A stretch of 64,000 nt of DNA from an uncultured archaeon (lineage in GTDB: Archaea; Thermoplasmatota; Penumbrarchaeia; JASLWR01). The stretch's first letter is position 1. The number at the start of each line of letters is the position of its first letter. Position numbers and translations under genes: made by a program. Positions 8,905 through 19,059 of this stretch are shown here, piece by piece. Location: assembly GCA_964342815.1 (NCBI GenBank), contig CAYFHS010000006.1:1-64000 (forward strand), read 5' to 3'. The notes beneath the pieces are model-generated. The model did not search any database, was not told the DNA's origin, and saw only the letters and a program-made list of their open reading frames with translations.

Positions 8905-11900
8905 CTAGTCGTAAAAATCATCTTCATCGTCAATCCAGCCGCTCATTTCATCAACATCGTCAGCAGCTATTCCATAGGGTTTATCGCTTTCTCCCCTCTC
9001 TTCTCTCATACGCCTGCGCTGATCCTTCCAGTCCTTCTTTCTCCTCTTCGTCTCCGCCTCATCCTCTTCCAGGTAATCCGTTTCGTCTTCTGGCTCGTCT
9101 TCAAGCCATCCCCCCATCTCCTCCATGTCCTCCTGGGCATCCTGGTAGCGTCCTCCACGGCCTTTTTTATTCCCACGTCTCCCTTTTTTCCCCTTTCTCC
9201 CATTACCACGCGTTGAAGACTTTTTCTTCTCCTCTCTCCTTTTGGATCCCTTAAAGGAGGATAATCTTCCGGAAATTCTATCGTCTTCCTCTTCCGTATC
9301 TTCTTCTATCCCATCCTCCGCTTCCAACAGGTCCGAGGTCACAACTGCAGTATCGCTTTCAGTCTCATCAGATTTCCCCTGGTCTTCCTCTTTATTTCCC
9401 CTCTCCGCCTTTTCCATTTTATCGCCTTTCACCCATTTTTTAGCCTGGCCCGTTCGTATCAGCACGAAAATGATAATTATTATCACCAGTATCAGAAGAA
9501 TGAAAAGAATTAACGGCATAGTATCGCTGAATTCCTGAAGGAATGGCGTTTCGTTCTTCACTTCTATCACGGATGATTGGATTCTCTCGTTACCGTACTC
9601 GTCCACTGCTTTTATCTGATATGTGTGCTTACCATTGTCCTCCACATCGGTTGTCCATATGTACCAGAATGAGTTGTCCGCCTCGTCATATCCCATCTCT
9701 TTCCAGCCGGTTCCTTCTATGTTTATATACATTCGCGAAGCATTGTCATTGTTCTCCACCCTGAACTCGATCTCGCTGTCTCCCTTTACTGGTACGTTGT
9801 CAAGCAGGACGCCTGGCCCCATGTTATTGAAGCTTACCTGCACCATAGCAATATTCGACTTTCCCACATAGTCCCTTGCGGTGATAATGAGGGTATGGCC
9901 ACCGTCCTGATATTTCGCGGTATCAATGGGGACTTCGTACAGGCCGGTTACCGGATTGATAAATACGCTGACAGGTGTACCATTGTCCACCGACATGGCC
10001 ACAGATTCTATCGAGACAGTGTCGTAACAATATGCCTTAACAGTATTCGTTCCGGTCAGGTGATCTCCTATCCCCGGAGTGACCACGGTTAGATCCGGTA
10101 CTGAATTGTCCACATTTACTTTTATTGTACGTGTTGTGATGTGTCCGGCCTCATCAACCGCCATTAATTCTATTTCGTGGGCTCCGTCGGTGTAGTTCCT
10201 GGTATCCCAAAGGTTCAGCCCAGTGGAGTTGATCTTCACCCAACCGGTTTTGTCCACATTGTATTGAATATTTGTGTTATAATGATCCGTTGAGCTTACG
10301 ACTATCTCGGCAAGGCCGGTAATATAAGAGTTTCCGGTTGGTTTTTTGATATCGAGTGTGGGGAAGTTCCCGTCGACTCGGAACTGTACCGGAGCAAGGG
10401 TAACCGTGTTAAGGGACCCATCATATGCTGTAACCGTAATTTCATAGCTGCCGTCCGGGATACCGTAAAGTGATTGGGTGTACTCGTAGTAATTGGTGAC
10501 GGAATTGTGTGTTGCCTGAACCCTTTTTGCGTATGAAGAACCTGCAAAAATGTAGAGCTCCACCTTCTCGACGCCCAGGCTGTCCGAGGCAAGTACCCTG
10601 AATGTCATGGATCCTTCCACGAACTGATCCGGTGTTGGACTGTGAACCGTGCATTCCGGAAATCCGTTGTCCACAGTTACCGTGATGGTCTCCACCACAG
10701 TGTGTCCAATGGCGTCCCTTGCTCTTATTGATATGGTATGCATTCCATCCCCGACCCTGGTGGTATCCCATGGAACGCCGATATGATGCCATCCGGATGA
10801 ATCCACGTTGTACTCGGTGGGATTGGGGTACGAATCGATAGTTGTGACGTTGATGTCCACGCTTCCATTGAGATAATTAAGGTTCTTGGGGCTGTTGATC
10901 TCCAGCTTGGGTGGTGTGTTGTCCACGTTGAAGAAGACTGGTCCTGCATTCGCCTCCTTTCCGGAAAGATCGTAAGCCCTGGCTGAGATCGTCTGGATCC
11001 CGTCCTCCAGGATCACAGTGGTATCAAGGCTGTACTCGTAATAACCGCTCTGGCTGTTGAATGTAGCATTTACAAGTTCGTTGTATATGTCCAGGACAAC
11101 TTGAGATATACCAACTGCGTCGCTCACCTTTATCTTGAAGGTCACGACACCCTGCACATATTGGTTATCGTACGGGGTATGTATCTCGCAAGTGGGCTTC
11201 TTGTTATCCACTGTCAACGTTATGGTTTGGAGGGTCGAATGTCCAGCGAGGTCTCTGCCCCGAATATCTATAACGTGCTTTCCGTCGCTTATCGACGTTG
11301 TGTTCCAGTGAACCGAAACATCATTCCAACCGCTGGAATCCACATTGTATTCGAGAGATCGTGGGAATGACTCTCCACTAAATGATGCGTTAAGCTGAAC
11401 CAAACCGGAAACGATATCGCCCTCCCGCGGGGAATCAATAAGGAGCTTGGGTGCATTGTTGTCGACCTGGAAATCAACCTGGGCTGATATCGTAAGATTC
11501 CCGGCTCGATCCAGCGCCATTATAGTGGCCGAATAATTCCCGTCACTGACTCCGTTCGTATCAAAAATACACTCATAGTAACCCGTACCGGCGTTGTAGC
11601 TCATGGAAATGTTCACAATCTCAGTCTGGCTGGACATATCCACGATAACGGCCCTTACACTGCTGAGTCCCACCTCATCGGAGACGATGGCGCCAAGTGT
11701 GTATATCCCTGCCAGGAATTGGTTCGCGGAAGGGAGATTAAGTCTGCATTCCGGGTCATGATTGTCTATGGTAATTATAATGCTCTCAAGGACCTCATGG
11801 CCGGCAATGTCCCTAGCTCGGATCCTCATAACATGGTCCCCGTCCGGAAACAGTCCCGTACTCCAATTGACCGAGCTGTTGACCCAGCCCGAACTATCGA

Positions 11901-14900
11901 TATTATATTCGATAATGTCCAAAAAGGTATCGGTTACTGATATGTTTAGGCTGAATGTCCCGTATACTATCTGGCCGTTCGTTGGCTCATATATCGTCAT
12001 TCTCGGAAAGTTGTTGTCTATGTTGAACTCTCTGCTGGCGGATGATCTGCTAAGACCCGCTTTGTCATGAGCGTATGCTGTGAACCAGTAGCTGCCGTCC
12101 GGGAGATTTGCGGTTCCCAGTACCAGTTCGAAATAGCCGGAATCAGAATTATATCCCATGGAAGTGTTGGAAACCAGCTCTACCCCTGTTTCGTTTATTA
12201 TTGTGCCGTTCACGCTTTCAATCCCGATATCGTCCGTGGCTGTTACCCTGAACGAGTAAAGCCCCTCTATGAATTCCCCCGTTATCGGGGTAATCACAGA
12301 AGATTGATCCGGCGCGGTGTTGTCCGCGATGAAATTTATTTCCAGGGTGGATTCGGCACCGTACGGGTCCTTTGCGTTCACGTAGAGAACATGGGCTCCG
12401 TCAAGATACTGGGATGAATCCATTACGGCTCCGAATTCGCTTCCGGAGAGCAGAGACATGTTGAACCATGCGTTTGCGTCTACCCGGTAACGGGGATTGG
12501 TGTCGGTATCCTGGATCCCATCCGGGTCGCTGATGTTCGCTATGATCTGATAATTACCCGATACAATGGCTCCAGCCACGAGGTTTTTCATTATAATATC
12601 CACGTCGTTGAATATCTCAATATTCCCGGATTGACTGCCCAGATTACCCGCTTTGTCGTATGCGTTTACAGTGTAGGTATAGACCCCCGATACGAGTCCT
12701 GTGGTGACAGTTACGTTTTCCGAGGAGTAGTCGCCGTCGTAGGCTGTTTCGTCGTTCCCCAATCCATCATCCCTCATGGGCACCTGATTGGCACCGCCTA
12801 TGTTGGATGCATCGAGATAAACATTCCCCAACCCGGTCTGACCGTCAGAACAATTGGACACCACGTATATGGAATATCCGTCTTGGGCCTTGGTGCGGCC
12901 AGCGGGATAGGTGGTATTCACCCGGCCTACTGAGGGCTGTATGTTGTCCAATCTCACTGTGTATTGTGTTCCGTTCATGTTGCCCGCACGGTCGGTCCCT
13001 TCCACCTGAAATACGATATCGCCCGTTTCCAGGCTGTTCACGGTAACCAGCTCGGAGCCGTATATGTCGTCGTTGGCCTTTCCGTCGGCGTGCTTTCCGT
13101 CGTCGAACATGTTCACCTTGAGGGCGAGACCTATGGATGAGAGATCCGCCTGGATGGAATCGATTCCGTGGGGCTGTTCTATACCCAGGGTGCTGGCGCC
13201 GAAACTCTGGATCACCTGGGAAACGTTGTTGTAGATGTCATACAAGTCTGTGGAGGACGGAGCAAAATAGTATTTACCCCCAATCGAAGAATTGGCTATG
13301 CTCCAAAGGTCGAACTCGGTGGTGTATTTGTAGGAAGCGGCAGTCGGATCAAGGTAACCGGAAGCTGTGGCATTGGTTCCCTGGGGCCACATCCCCAGAC
13401 CAATGGTGAAGATCGGGATACTGGCATTTACCAGCCCCGTACGCGTCCTTTCGGCCGATCCCCCCGGAAAATTAGCCGTGGTCTTCGCGTTGATAGGATT
13501 GGTATCTCGCTCCCTCTGTATGGAAGGATAGGCTCTCATTGGCGAGTCCCATATACAGCCTCCGCTCACGCTCCAAGTCTGTCTACCCGCACCGTTAGGT
13601 GCTCCGGGACAGTATGTTTCCGAGCCGGTTTCGAGCCGGTTTCCACCAAGTGTTCCACCGGTATCGTTACCGTCGGTCATTGCGATGATTACGGGAACCG
13701 CCTCCTCTCTCCGGTTGTTGAGGGCATACTGGATTCCCGTACCGATGGTATCCCATATGGGAGTGTTGGCCAATGGCTGGCCCGACACCATAGTCAAGTG
13801 GGCCCCGTCGTCCACGGTGATTATGTATTTCGAGATATTGCGCCCGGTGTCCGTTTCAGGGGAGCCCTGCGGATCGTTATAGGTTTCGGACATAATAAAA
13901 AAGGGGGAGTACTGTTTGACGTCTTCCAGAGCCCCACCCCCCTGTCGGTCGAAAGATACTATGGCGCACCTGTCATTATCTGCAAGCTGATCAATAAATG
14001 TGGATGAAGCGTATTCGAGGTCATCCCATTTCATTCCTCCGGAGCCGTTCGAGTCACGCATTGATCCCGAATTATCCAGAACAAGCACCACATCCAGAGG
14101 TTTTCTCTCGACGACATCCTCGATCAATATTTTGTAATCCAACGCCTTTGCCGTGACCCTAATTGTGTCTCCATTTTTGACAGCTACCTGACCCGCCGGG
14201 AGCATGGTATCGATCTCCAGTATCGTTGGTTCGTACTGGTCCACGTTGCATGCGGCAGTGACGTTTCTAAAATTCCCCTGTGAATCTGTGGAATGAACGT
14301 AGGCTGCCCGATATCCCCCGCCAACCGTTACATTTACCAGCGCCGTACCGTAAATATTATCATTGGGTGCCCCATCGTTGTGGAGTCCGTCGTCGTACAT
14401 GGTAAGATCGGATGCGTCACCGATCATAGTGGCATCGCAGAGAACCGAAGAAATAGAGGAAACCGATTCTGTTACTTTTGCGGTAATTGTGACCTTGTCG
14501 CCGGGTTTTGCCGTATCCTGGCCGGTTGGATAGAGTGTTGTTGCATTGGTGATCTGAGGTCCGGAATTGTCGAACTTGACCGGGATCGAGGTAATGTCGT
14601 CAGTGGTATCTCCCGTTGAATCGTATCTGATTATATGGCGCCCGTCACTCCATCCCGATGTGTTTATCTGGAAAGACCATGTGGGACCGCCGGACATAGT
14701 GGCGATCAACACCCCGTCTATACTCAACTCCACCTTGTCTGCATTTGTGGAATTACACCTGAAGTTCACAATGCCGGTAAGGATATCTCCCGATTCCGGG
14801 ATATAGGGAGTAACGGGATTCGCACTTGTGGTTCCGGTGAACAAACCCAAGACTCCAAACCAACTGATAACGATCATTGCGGTCATGGCAGTAGCAGACC

Positions 14901-14931
14901 ATTTACTTCTATAGTTGAACATAACAATCAC
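8905..14931 (-). CDS. Giant (2008 aa) surface protein: Ig-like repeats, vWA, three choice-of-anchor-X-like motifs, C-terminal TM and charged tail
   Basis: DVVLVLDNSGS MIDAS, AMTDG; DDGLHNDGAPNDNIYG, DDGKHADGKANDDIYG and DDGLGNDETAYDGDYS; about 10 'DNxxP' Ig boundaries; TM LILFILLILVIIIIIFVLI. Confidence 0.88.
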   Translation of the reverse strand: MIVMFNYRSKWSATAMTAMIVISWFGVLGLFTGTTSANPVTPYIPESGDILTGIVNFRCNSTNADKVELSIDGVLIATMSGGPTWSFQINTSGWSDGRHIIRYDSTGDTTDDITSIPVKFDNSGPQITNATTLYPTGQDTAKPGDKVTITAKVTESVSSISSVLCDATMIGDASDLTMYDDGLHNDGAPNDNIYGTALVNVTVGGGYRAAYVHSTDSQGNFRNVTAACNVDQYEPTILEIDTMLPAGQVAVKNGDTIRVTAKALDYKILIEDVVERKPLDVVLVLDNSGSMRDSNGSGGMKWDDLEYASSTFIDQLADNDRCAIVSFDRQGGGALEDVKQYSPFFIMSETYNDPQGSPETDTGRNISKYIITVDDGAHLTMVSGQPLANTPIWDTIGTGIQYALNNRREEAVPVIIAMTDGNDTGGTLGGNRLETGSETYCPGAPNGAGRQTWSVSGGCIWDSPMRAYPSIQRERDTNPINAKTTANFPGGSAERTRTGLVNASIPIFTIGLGMWPQGTNATASGYLDPTAASYKYTTEFDLWSIANSSIGGKYYFAPSSTDLYDIYNNVSQVIQSFGASTLGIEQPHGIDSIQADLSSIGLALKVNMFDDGKHADGKANDDIYGSELVTVNSLETGDIVFQVEGTDRAGNMNGTQYTVRLDNIQPSVGRVNTTYPAGRTKAQDGYSIYVVSNCSDGQTGLGNVYLDASNIGGANQVPMRDDGLGNDETAYDGDYSSENVTVTTGLVSGVYTYTVNAYDKAGNLGSQSGNIEIFNDVDIIMKNLVAGAIVSGNYQIIANISDPDGIQDTDTNPRYRVDANAWFNMSLLSGSEFGAVMDSSQYLDGAHVLYVNAKDPYGAESTLEINFIADNTAPDQSSVITPITGEFIEGLYSFRVTATDDIGIESVNGTIINETGVELVSNTSMGYNSDSGYFELVLGTANLPDGSYWFTAYAHDKAGLSRSSASREFNIDNNFPRMTIYEPTNGQIVYGTFSLNISVTDTFLDIIEYNIDSSGWVNSSVNWSTGLFPDGDHVMRIRARDIAGHEVLESIIITIDNHDPECRLNLPSANQFLAGIYTLGAIVSDEVGLSSVRAVIVDMSSQTEIVNISMSYNAGTGYYECIFDTNGVSDGNYSATIMALDRAGNLTISAQVDFQVDNNAPKLLIDSPREGDIVSGLVQLNASFSGESFPRSLEYNVDSSGWNDVSVHWNTTSISDGKHVIDIRGRDLAGHSTLQTITLTVDNKKPTCEIHTPYDNQYVQGVVTFKIKVSDAVGISQVVLDIYNELVNATFNSQSGYYEYSLDTTVILEDGIQTISARAYDLSGKEANAGPVFFNVDNTPPKLEINSPKNLNYLNGSVDINVTTIDSYPNPTEYNVDSSGWHHIGVPWDTTRVGDGMHTISIRARDAIGHTVVETITVTVDNGFPECTVHSPTPDQFVEGSMTFRVLASDSLGVEKVELYIFAGSSYAKRVQATHNSVTNYYEYTQSLYGIPDGSYEITVTAYDGSLNTVTLAPVQFRVDGNFPTLDIKKPTGNSYITGLAEIVVSSTDHYNTNIQYNVDKTGWVKINSTGLNLWDTRNYTDGAHEIELMAVDEAGHITTRTIKVNVDNSVPDLTVVTPGIGDHLTGTNTVKAYCYDTVSIESVAMSVDNGTPVSVFINPVTGLYEVPIDTAKYQDGGHTLIITARDYVGKSNIAMVQVSFNNMGPGVLLDNVPVKGDSEIEFRVENNDNASRMYINIEGTGWKEMGYDEADNSFWYIWTTDVEDNGKHTYQIKAVDEYGNERIQSSVIEVKNETPFLQEFSDTMPLILFILLILVIIIIIFVLIRTGQAKKWVKGDKMEKAERGNKEEDQGKSDETESDTAVVTSDLLEAEDGIEEDTEEEDDRISGRLSSFKGSKRREEKKKSSTRGNGRKGKKGRRGNKKGRGGRYQDAQEDMEEMGGWLEDEPEDETDYLEEDEAETKRRKKDWKDQRRRMREERGESDKPYGIAADDVDEMSGWIDDEDDFYD

Positions 14932-15220
14932 TTCCTAAAGATTTATCCTTCCATAACGCAGGTCATTACTAAATATATTTTATGGTACATATTTCGAAAC
15001 AATTCTTATAAGTGGGTGAGTATATTTAACGGACTCCCCTCATATTTTCTATCAACTTACCTTTTTTGCCATTATTTAGTTTAATTATAGAACTTATGTC
15101 GGATTAATCGCATTTTAGCATATAATCGGATTTCTGATTGACCAAAAGAAAAAGACTTTAACAAAATTTTATATCGCTAAAAGTAGTTAACATTTACATA
15201 ATTCTTATTGGGGTACTTAT

Positions 15221-17287
15221 ATGGATTTCGACCTGAAAAAAAGGAAATATTTTGCCATAACAGCTGTGGTAGTATTGGGCCTAGCCGCTTTTGGTCTTTA
15301 CACCCTCATACAACCTGGGAAAGAGCCCATACCCCCTTATGAACCCACCATCGATCTTCCGAAAGAGTACATAATTCTCGTTGACGAACCCAAAAATCTC
15401 GATGACATGATGTTTATTTCATCCTTGTCCTCAATTGCTGTCAGGGAACAATATCATCCTCTGTTCATACTTGAGGACGGAAAACTGGACGATCATCAAT
15501 TGTGGACCATTGAACACTTTGTTGACGAAATAAAGAACGCCCCGAAGCTTTTGTTCACTTCCGATGAGACTGTGTTGAACAATGTTAAGGGTCAGGTCGA
15601 TGGAGTGGTACAATACGAGATATCCAACGACGTGCTTGCTCAGTTTAAGGGATTTGACGACGTTATCGATGTGAATTCTTACTCTGAGGCGCTATGGGCC
15701 GCCCCGGTGGCTCGGGTGGAAAACAAGGTCATCCGGTTAGGCCGTACAACCTTCACTAAGCAGGAAGAGGCATGGGACCGCTTGCAGGACAATGGAATAA
15801 ACGCAAGATATATCGTGGTGACGAACCCTTATGATCTTTCAACCCCGCTCATGGCCAATAATACGGAATATTACGACGAGTATGATTCGAACTTCCACAC
15901 ACCGTCCCTATCACTGGTATCGGCACAATTGGCTGCCTATCACAAGGCTTACGTACTTACGAGCGCACCTGTTTCCACCAAAGAAGTTTATACATTCGAG
16001 AACCCGAATTTCGATCCAGTGGAAAATTACCAATTAAATGCCAGGGCAACTGGCTATTATCTTGCACTGAAAGAGCTGTCTGCCGGATATTATGACCCTA
16101 AGGCCGATTTTGAACAACATGAGATTTACAAGGATTCTCCCGAATATGTTTGCATCGTGGGGAGTGCCGCTGCCGTTCCCCAGTTCCAGATACCTGGCAA
16201 CGGTGACGGTGACGATCTCGTTAGCTGCGACGTGATCTTCGGATTTCTGGACGATGATGACACACTGATGGATGCAGCCGTAGGTCGAATAGTGAACTAC
16301 AACGTGCAAGGTGCATCGAACCAGATGACGAAGACACTTGGATTCGATTACGTCGTAGATAAGGTAACGGTAGAATATTCGGACGGTCCCCGGGACGTTG
16401 AATGGAGAAAACACGGGGCCTCCTTCAGCGGGTTTGATATAACTTACAAGAGAATGCAGGTTTCTCCTGCAAGGTGGGTTTGCAAGGACTATACTGACGA
16501 GGGATTGGATTATGAATACTATGGACCGGCTCTCGTAGAGCAGGATATTACGGTCACACCGGAGACCACTCTCGAGCCTGCGGTTCAGGCCAGCGGATTC
16601 CTAGCCTACCGGGGACACGGGAGCGACAACGGAGGTTTGTATATGATCGCCTACAAGGCGGGGGATGAAAACGCGGTACTGCGCGGAACCGAGGCCAGGG
16701 AGTTATTCATCCCACCGCAGGTGTCTTTTTTCGTATCGTGCATGAACGGTAAGATCCACGGGAAGGATTTCGGAGATGGGGCTCCGGACGTACCCTACGA
16801 CGAATTGTTTTCCACGAACTATCAATACGGAGGCGCAGTGGCACTGGGAGGGGCAACTGAAGTGAGCTACAGCAATATCGGACAGGATTTATATTCGTAC
16901 CCGGAGGAATATCTCCCCGGTATACTGAATCCGGAATGGGGTGATGGAGATCACGAGTGGAACCGGAACGACGCCTGGTTCGCATTCTTCTGGGAGGGTA
17001 TGCTGAATGATGAGGAAGGCCACGGAAGTATCGGAAAGGCCCTGCAGTGGGCCGAGAACCGTTATATCGCCTATCAAACCTCAAAGGGGATGCCAGTGAC
17101 ACCTTTTAAATCCATAATGTCCGGCGGTAGCAACGGAGATACCGGCGAGGACCCCGCGGTGCACTGGAAAGAGGTGGCAATGTTCGTTATTTACGGGGAT
17201 CCCGCATTCACTCCGTACAGCTGGAAGGCGGGCGAGAACAGTTACAACCCCTGGAAGAACGGTGTTGACGAAGGGGATGACCTCTAG
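15221..17287 (+). CDS. Membrane-anchored/secreted peptidase C25 (gingipain-like) family protein
   Basis: N-terminal TM; VGRI motif, AYRGHG and FVSCMNG (His/Cys dyad), YGDPA near the C-terminus. Confidence 0.7.
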   Translation: MDFDLKKRKYFAITAVVVLGLAAFGLYTLIQPGKEPIPPYEPTIDLPKEYIILVDEPKNLDDMMFISSLSSIAVREQYHPLFILEDGKLDDHQLWTIEHFVDEIKNAPKLLFTSDETVLNNVKGQVDGVVQYEISNDVLAQFKGFDDVIDVNSYSEALWAAPVARVENKVIRLGRTTFTKQEEAWDRLQDNGINARYIVVTNPYDLSTPLMANNTEYYDEYDSNFHTPSLSLVSAQLAAYHKAYVLTSAPVSTKEVYTFENPNFDPVENYQLNARATGYYLALKELSAGYYDPKADFEQHEIYKDSPEYVCIVGSAAAVPQFQIPGNGDGDDLVSCDVIFGFLDDDDTLMDAAVGRIVNYNVQGASNQMTKTLGFDYVVDKVTVEYSDGPRDVEWRKHGASFSGFDITYKRMQVSPARWVCKDYTDEGLDYEYYGPALVEQDITVTPETTLEPAVQASGFLAYRGHGSDNGGLYMIAYKAGDENAVLRGTEARELFIPPQVSFFVSCMNGKIHGKDFGDGAPDVPYDELFSTNYQYGGAVALGGATEVSYSNIGQDLYSYPEEYLPGILNPEWGDGDHEWNRNDAWFAFFWEGMLNDEEGHGSIGKALQWAENRYIAYQTSKGMPVTPFKSIMSGGSNGDTGEDPAVHWKEVAMFVIYGDPAFTPYSWKAGENSYNPWKNGVDEGDDL

Positions 17288-17300
17288 TAGGGAATAGTTC

Positions 17301-19001
17301 ATGGCCAGCAAATCTCACGTTCCGTCATTATATCGTTCCCTTTTACGCGAGGCAAAAGGGTCACAACTCGAAGATATCAAGGGGTTCCGGAGTTTTTTCA
17401 GGGAAGCCAGGAAACTTGACGATCCTTACTATTCTGCATTGGCTCTTTTCAGGCTCTCTTCCGATTCCCGGGTACCGTTGAACGAAGCGTATTTTACAGC
17501 TGGCGAAGCGCTGGATATAGTGAAGAAGGTCAAGAGAATATGGAGGCGGGGGGAGCTGATATCGGCAATAACCCGGTTCATGGGGAAATGGAGGAGTGAC
17601 GCGGGTGACCTGGAGGAGACAGATAAGAAAGAACTGCTTTACGAGCGGATCATGGATCTGATCTCATCGCTGCCGCCGGGAAAAGGACTTTCTACTACTA
17701 TTAAAGAATCGGCAAAGCATCTTTCCCCTAACTTCACTGGACCACTACTCGGGAAGGCGTTGAGTAACGAAAATTTCATTCGTGATGATATCAAGGCAGT
17801 TATCAGGGCATGGGCTAAGGCTATAAATAAAAAAACCGTTTCAGTTGAGAAGATCATATCTCTCTTGTCAACAGTCAATGACCCATATGATGAAAGCCGA
17901 TTCCTTGGTTATCTGCAGTTGCAAATTAACAAGAACGACATACCCGGTTCCATGTTGGCTTTCGAAGGTGCGATAAAGGCGGCACTGAAGGTCGATGACG
18001 GAAACAATCGTGTGGATGCCTTTCGTTATCTCGTCAGTACGGCGGAGACCACGGATGAATTGGAGCGATTGAGGGATGCCGCACACCGTCTCGATAAACC
18101 GGAATATTCTGCTAGACTCCTTTCGGCGCTGGGTGGTAAAGCGGACAAGATCTATCCGGATGTGGCAAAGGATTGGTTCATGGAAGGAGTTTCCCACGCT
18201 GAAAAGGTGATTGATGCAGCGGAACGGGCGGGGTTACGTCTGAATCTGGCGGAGGGTCTCAAGCGATCTGGTTTGAACGACGATGCAAAGGACGTCTTCC
18301 AGCTAGCGCTTGCCGATTGCGACCTGATCTCTCGTGACGGAGTGGAAAAACCGGTCTTGGGAAGGATCGAGCGTTCTGCAGCAGGATATGGGATGAAAGT
18401 TCCTGAAACAAAATCGGCGATGGAAATCTCATCGAGACAGTTGGGAGAAAGGTCTATTCCTCCGGTAGGCGAGCACGTTCTAGCATTATTTAACACCTAC
18501 CAGGGCGGATTGAGCCCTGTGCATCTGAGGGCGATCTCCAGAGCTGCGCCATTGTGCTATGCATATGATCTCGATCTGGCGTTAATAGGTTTTCCCGCGT
18601 ACGATCTTGACAACCTAATCAACGAAGTAATTAGAGAAACCAACGTTGGAAAGGGAGGACGGTACATTCGTGAATTAGCCGCCGAGGGTAGAATCATATT
18701 GAAGGGAACGGATAATATCAACCTTCGGGAATCCGGCAGCATGGGGTTGATGGTAGCGACAACTGCAAATCCTGATGAGATGAAAAAAAGCACCCTCGAT
18801 GAATTGGTGAAGGAAACCGAAAAAGGGAGCGTGGGACCGAAATTATGTTTGATCATGGGTCTCGGGAAAAAGGGTCTTCCGCCATCGTTGTTAAAAGAAG
18901 CGTCTTATCACCTGGAGCTAACCGGAAATAATGTGTCGCTGGAGACCTGTACCGTGATGGGTATTATTGCCGAGAGGCTGAGGAACCTCGCTTCAAATTA
19001 A
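17301..19001 (+). CDS. Helical-repeat protein fused to a C-terminal DUF531 (SPOUT-like) domain
   Basis: C-terminal LALFNTY...HLRAISRAAPLCYAYDLDLALIGFP and GLGKKGLP...LELTGNNVSLETCTVMG resemble archaeal DUF531. N-terminal ~380 aa looks like TPR/HEAT-type helices. Confidence 0.7.
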   Translation: MASKSHVPSLYRSLLREAKGSQLEDIKGFRSFFREARKLDDPYYSALALFRLSSDSRVPLNEAYFTAGEALDIVKKVKRIWRRGELISAITRFMGKWRSDAGDLEETDKKELLYERIMDLISSLPPGKGLSTTIKESAKHLSPNFTGPLLGKALSNENFIRDDIKAVIRAWAKAINKKTVSVEKIISLLSTVNDPYDESRFLGYLQLQINKNDIPGSMLAFEGAIKAALKVDDGNNRVDAFRYLVSTAETTDELERLRDAAHRLDKPEYSARLLSALGGKADKIYPDVAKDWFMEGVSHAEKVIDAAERAGLRLNLAEGLKRSGLNDDAKDVFQLALADCDLISRDGVEKPVLGRIERSAAGYGMKVPETKSAMEISSRQLGERSIPPVGEHVLALFNTYQGGLSPVHLRAISRAAPLCYAYDLDLALIGFPAYDLDNLINEVIRETNVGKGGRYIRELAAEGRIILKGTDNINLRESGSMGLMVATTANPDEMKKSTLDELVKETEKGSVGPKLCLIMGLGKKGLPPSLLKEASYHLELTGNNVSLETCTVMGIIAERLRNLASN

Positions 19002-19059
19002 TTCTCATATATTCCAATATTGCGCAAAGGCGGATTGCGGATCATACATTGTTTATCAT

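Noticed and set aside
13168-14007. 279-aa plus-strand ORF
   Set aside because: Antisense shadow of the giant vWA gene; no motifs.
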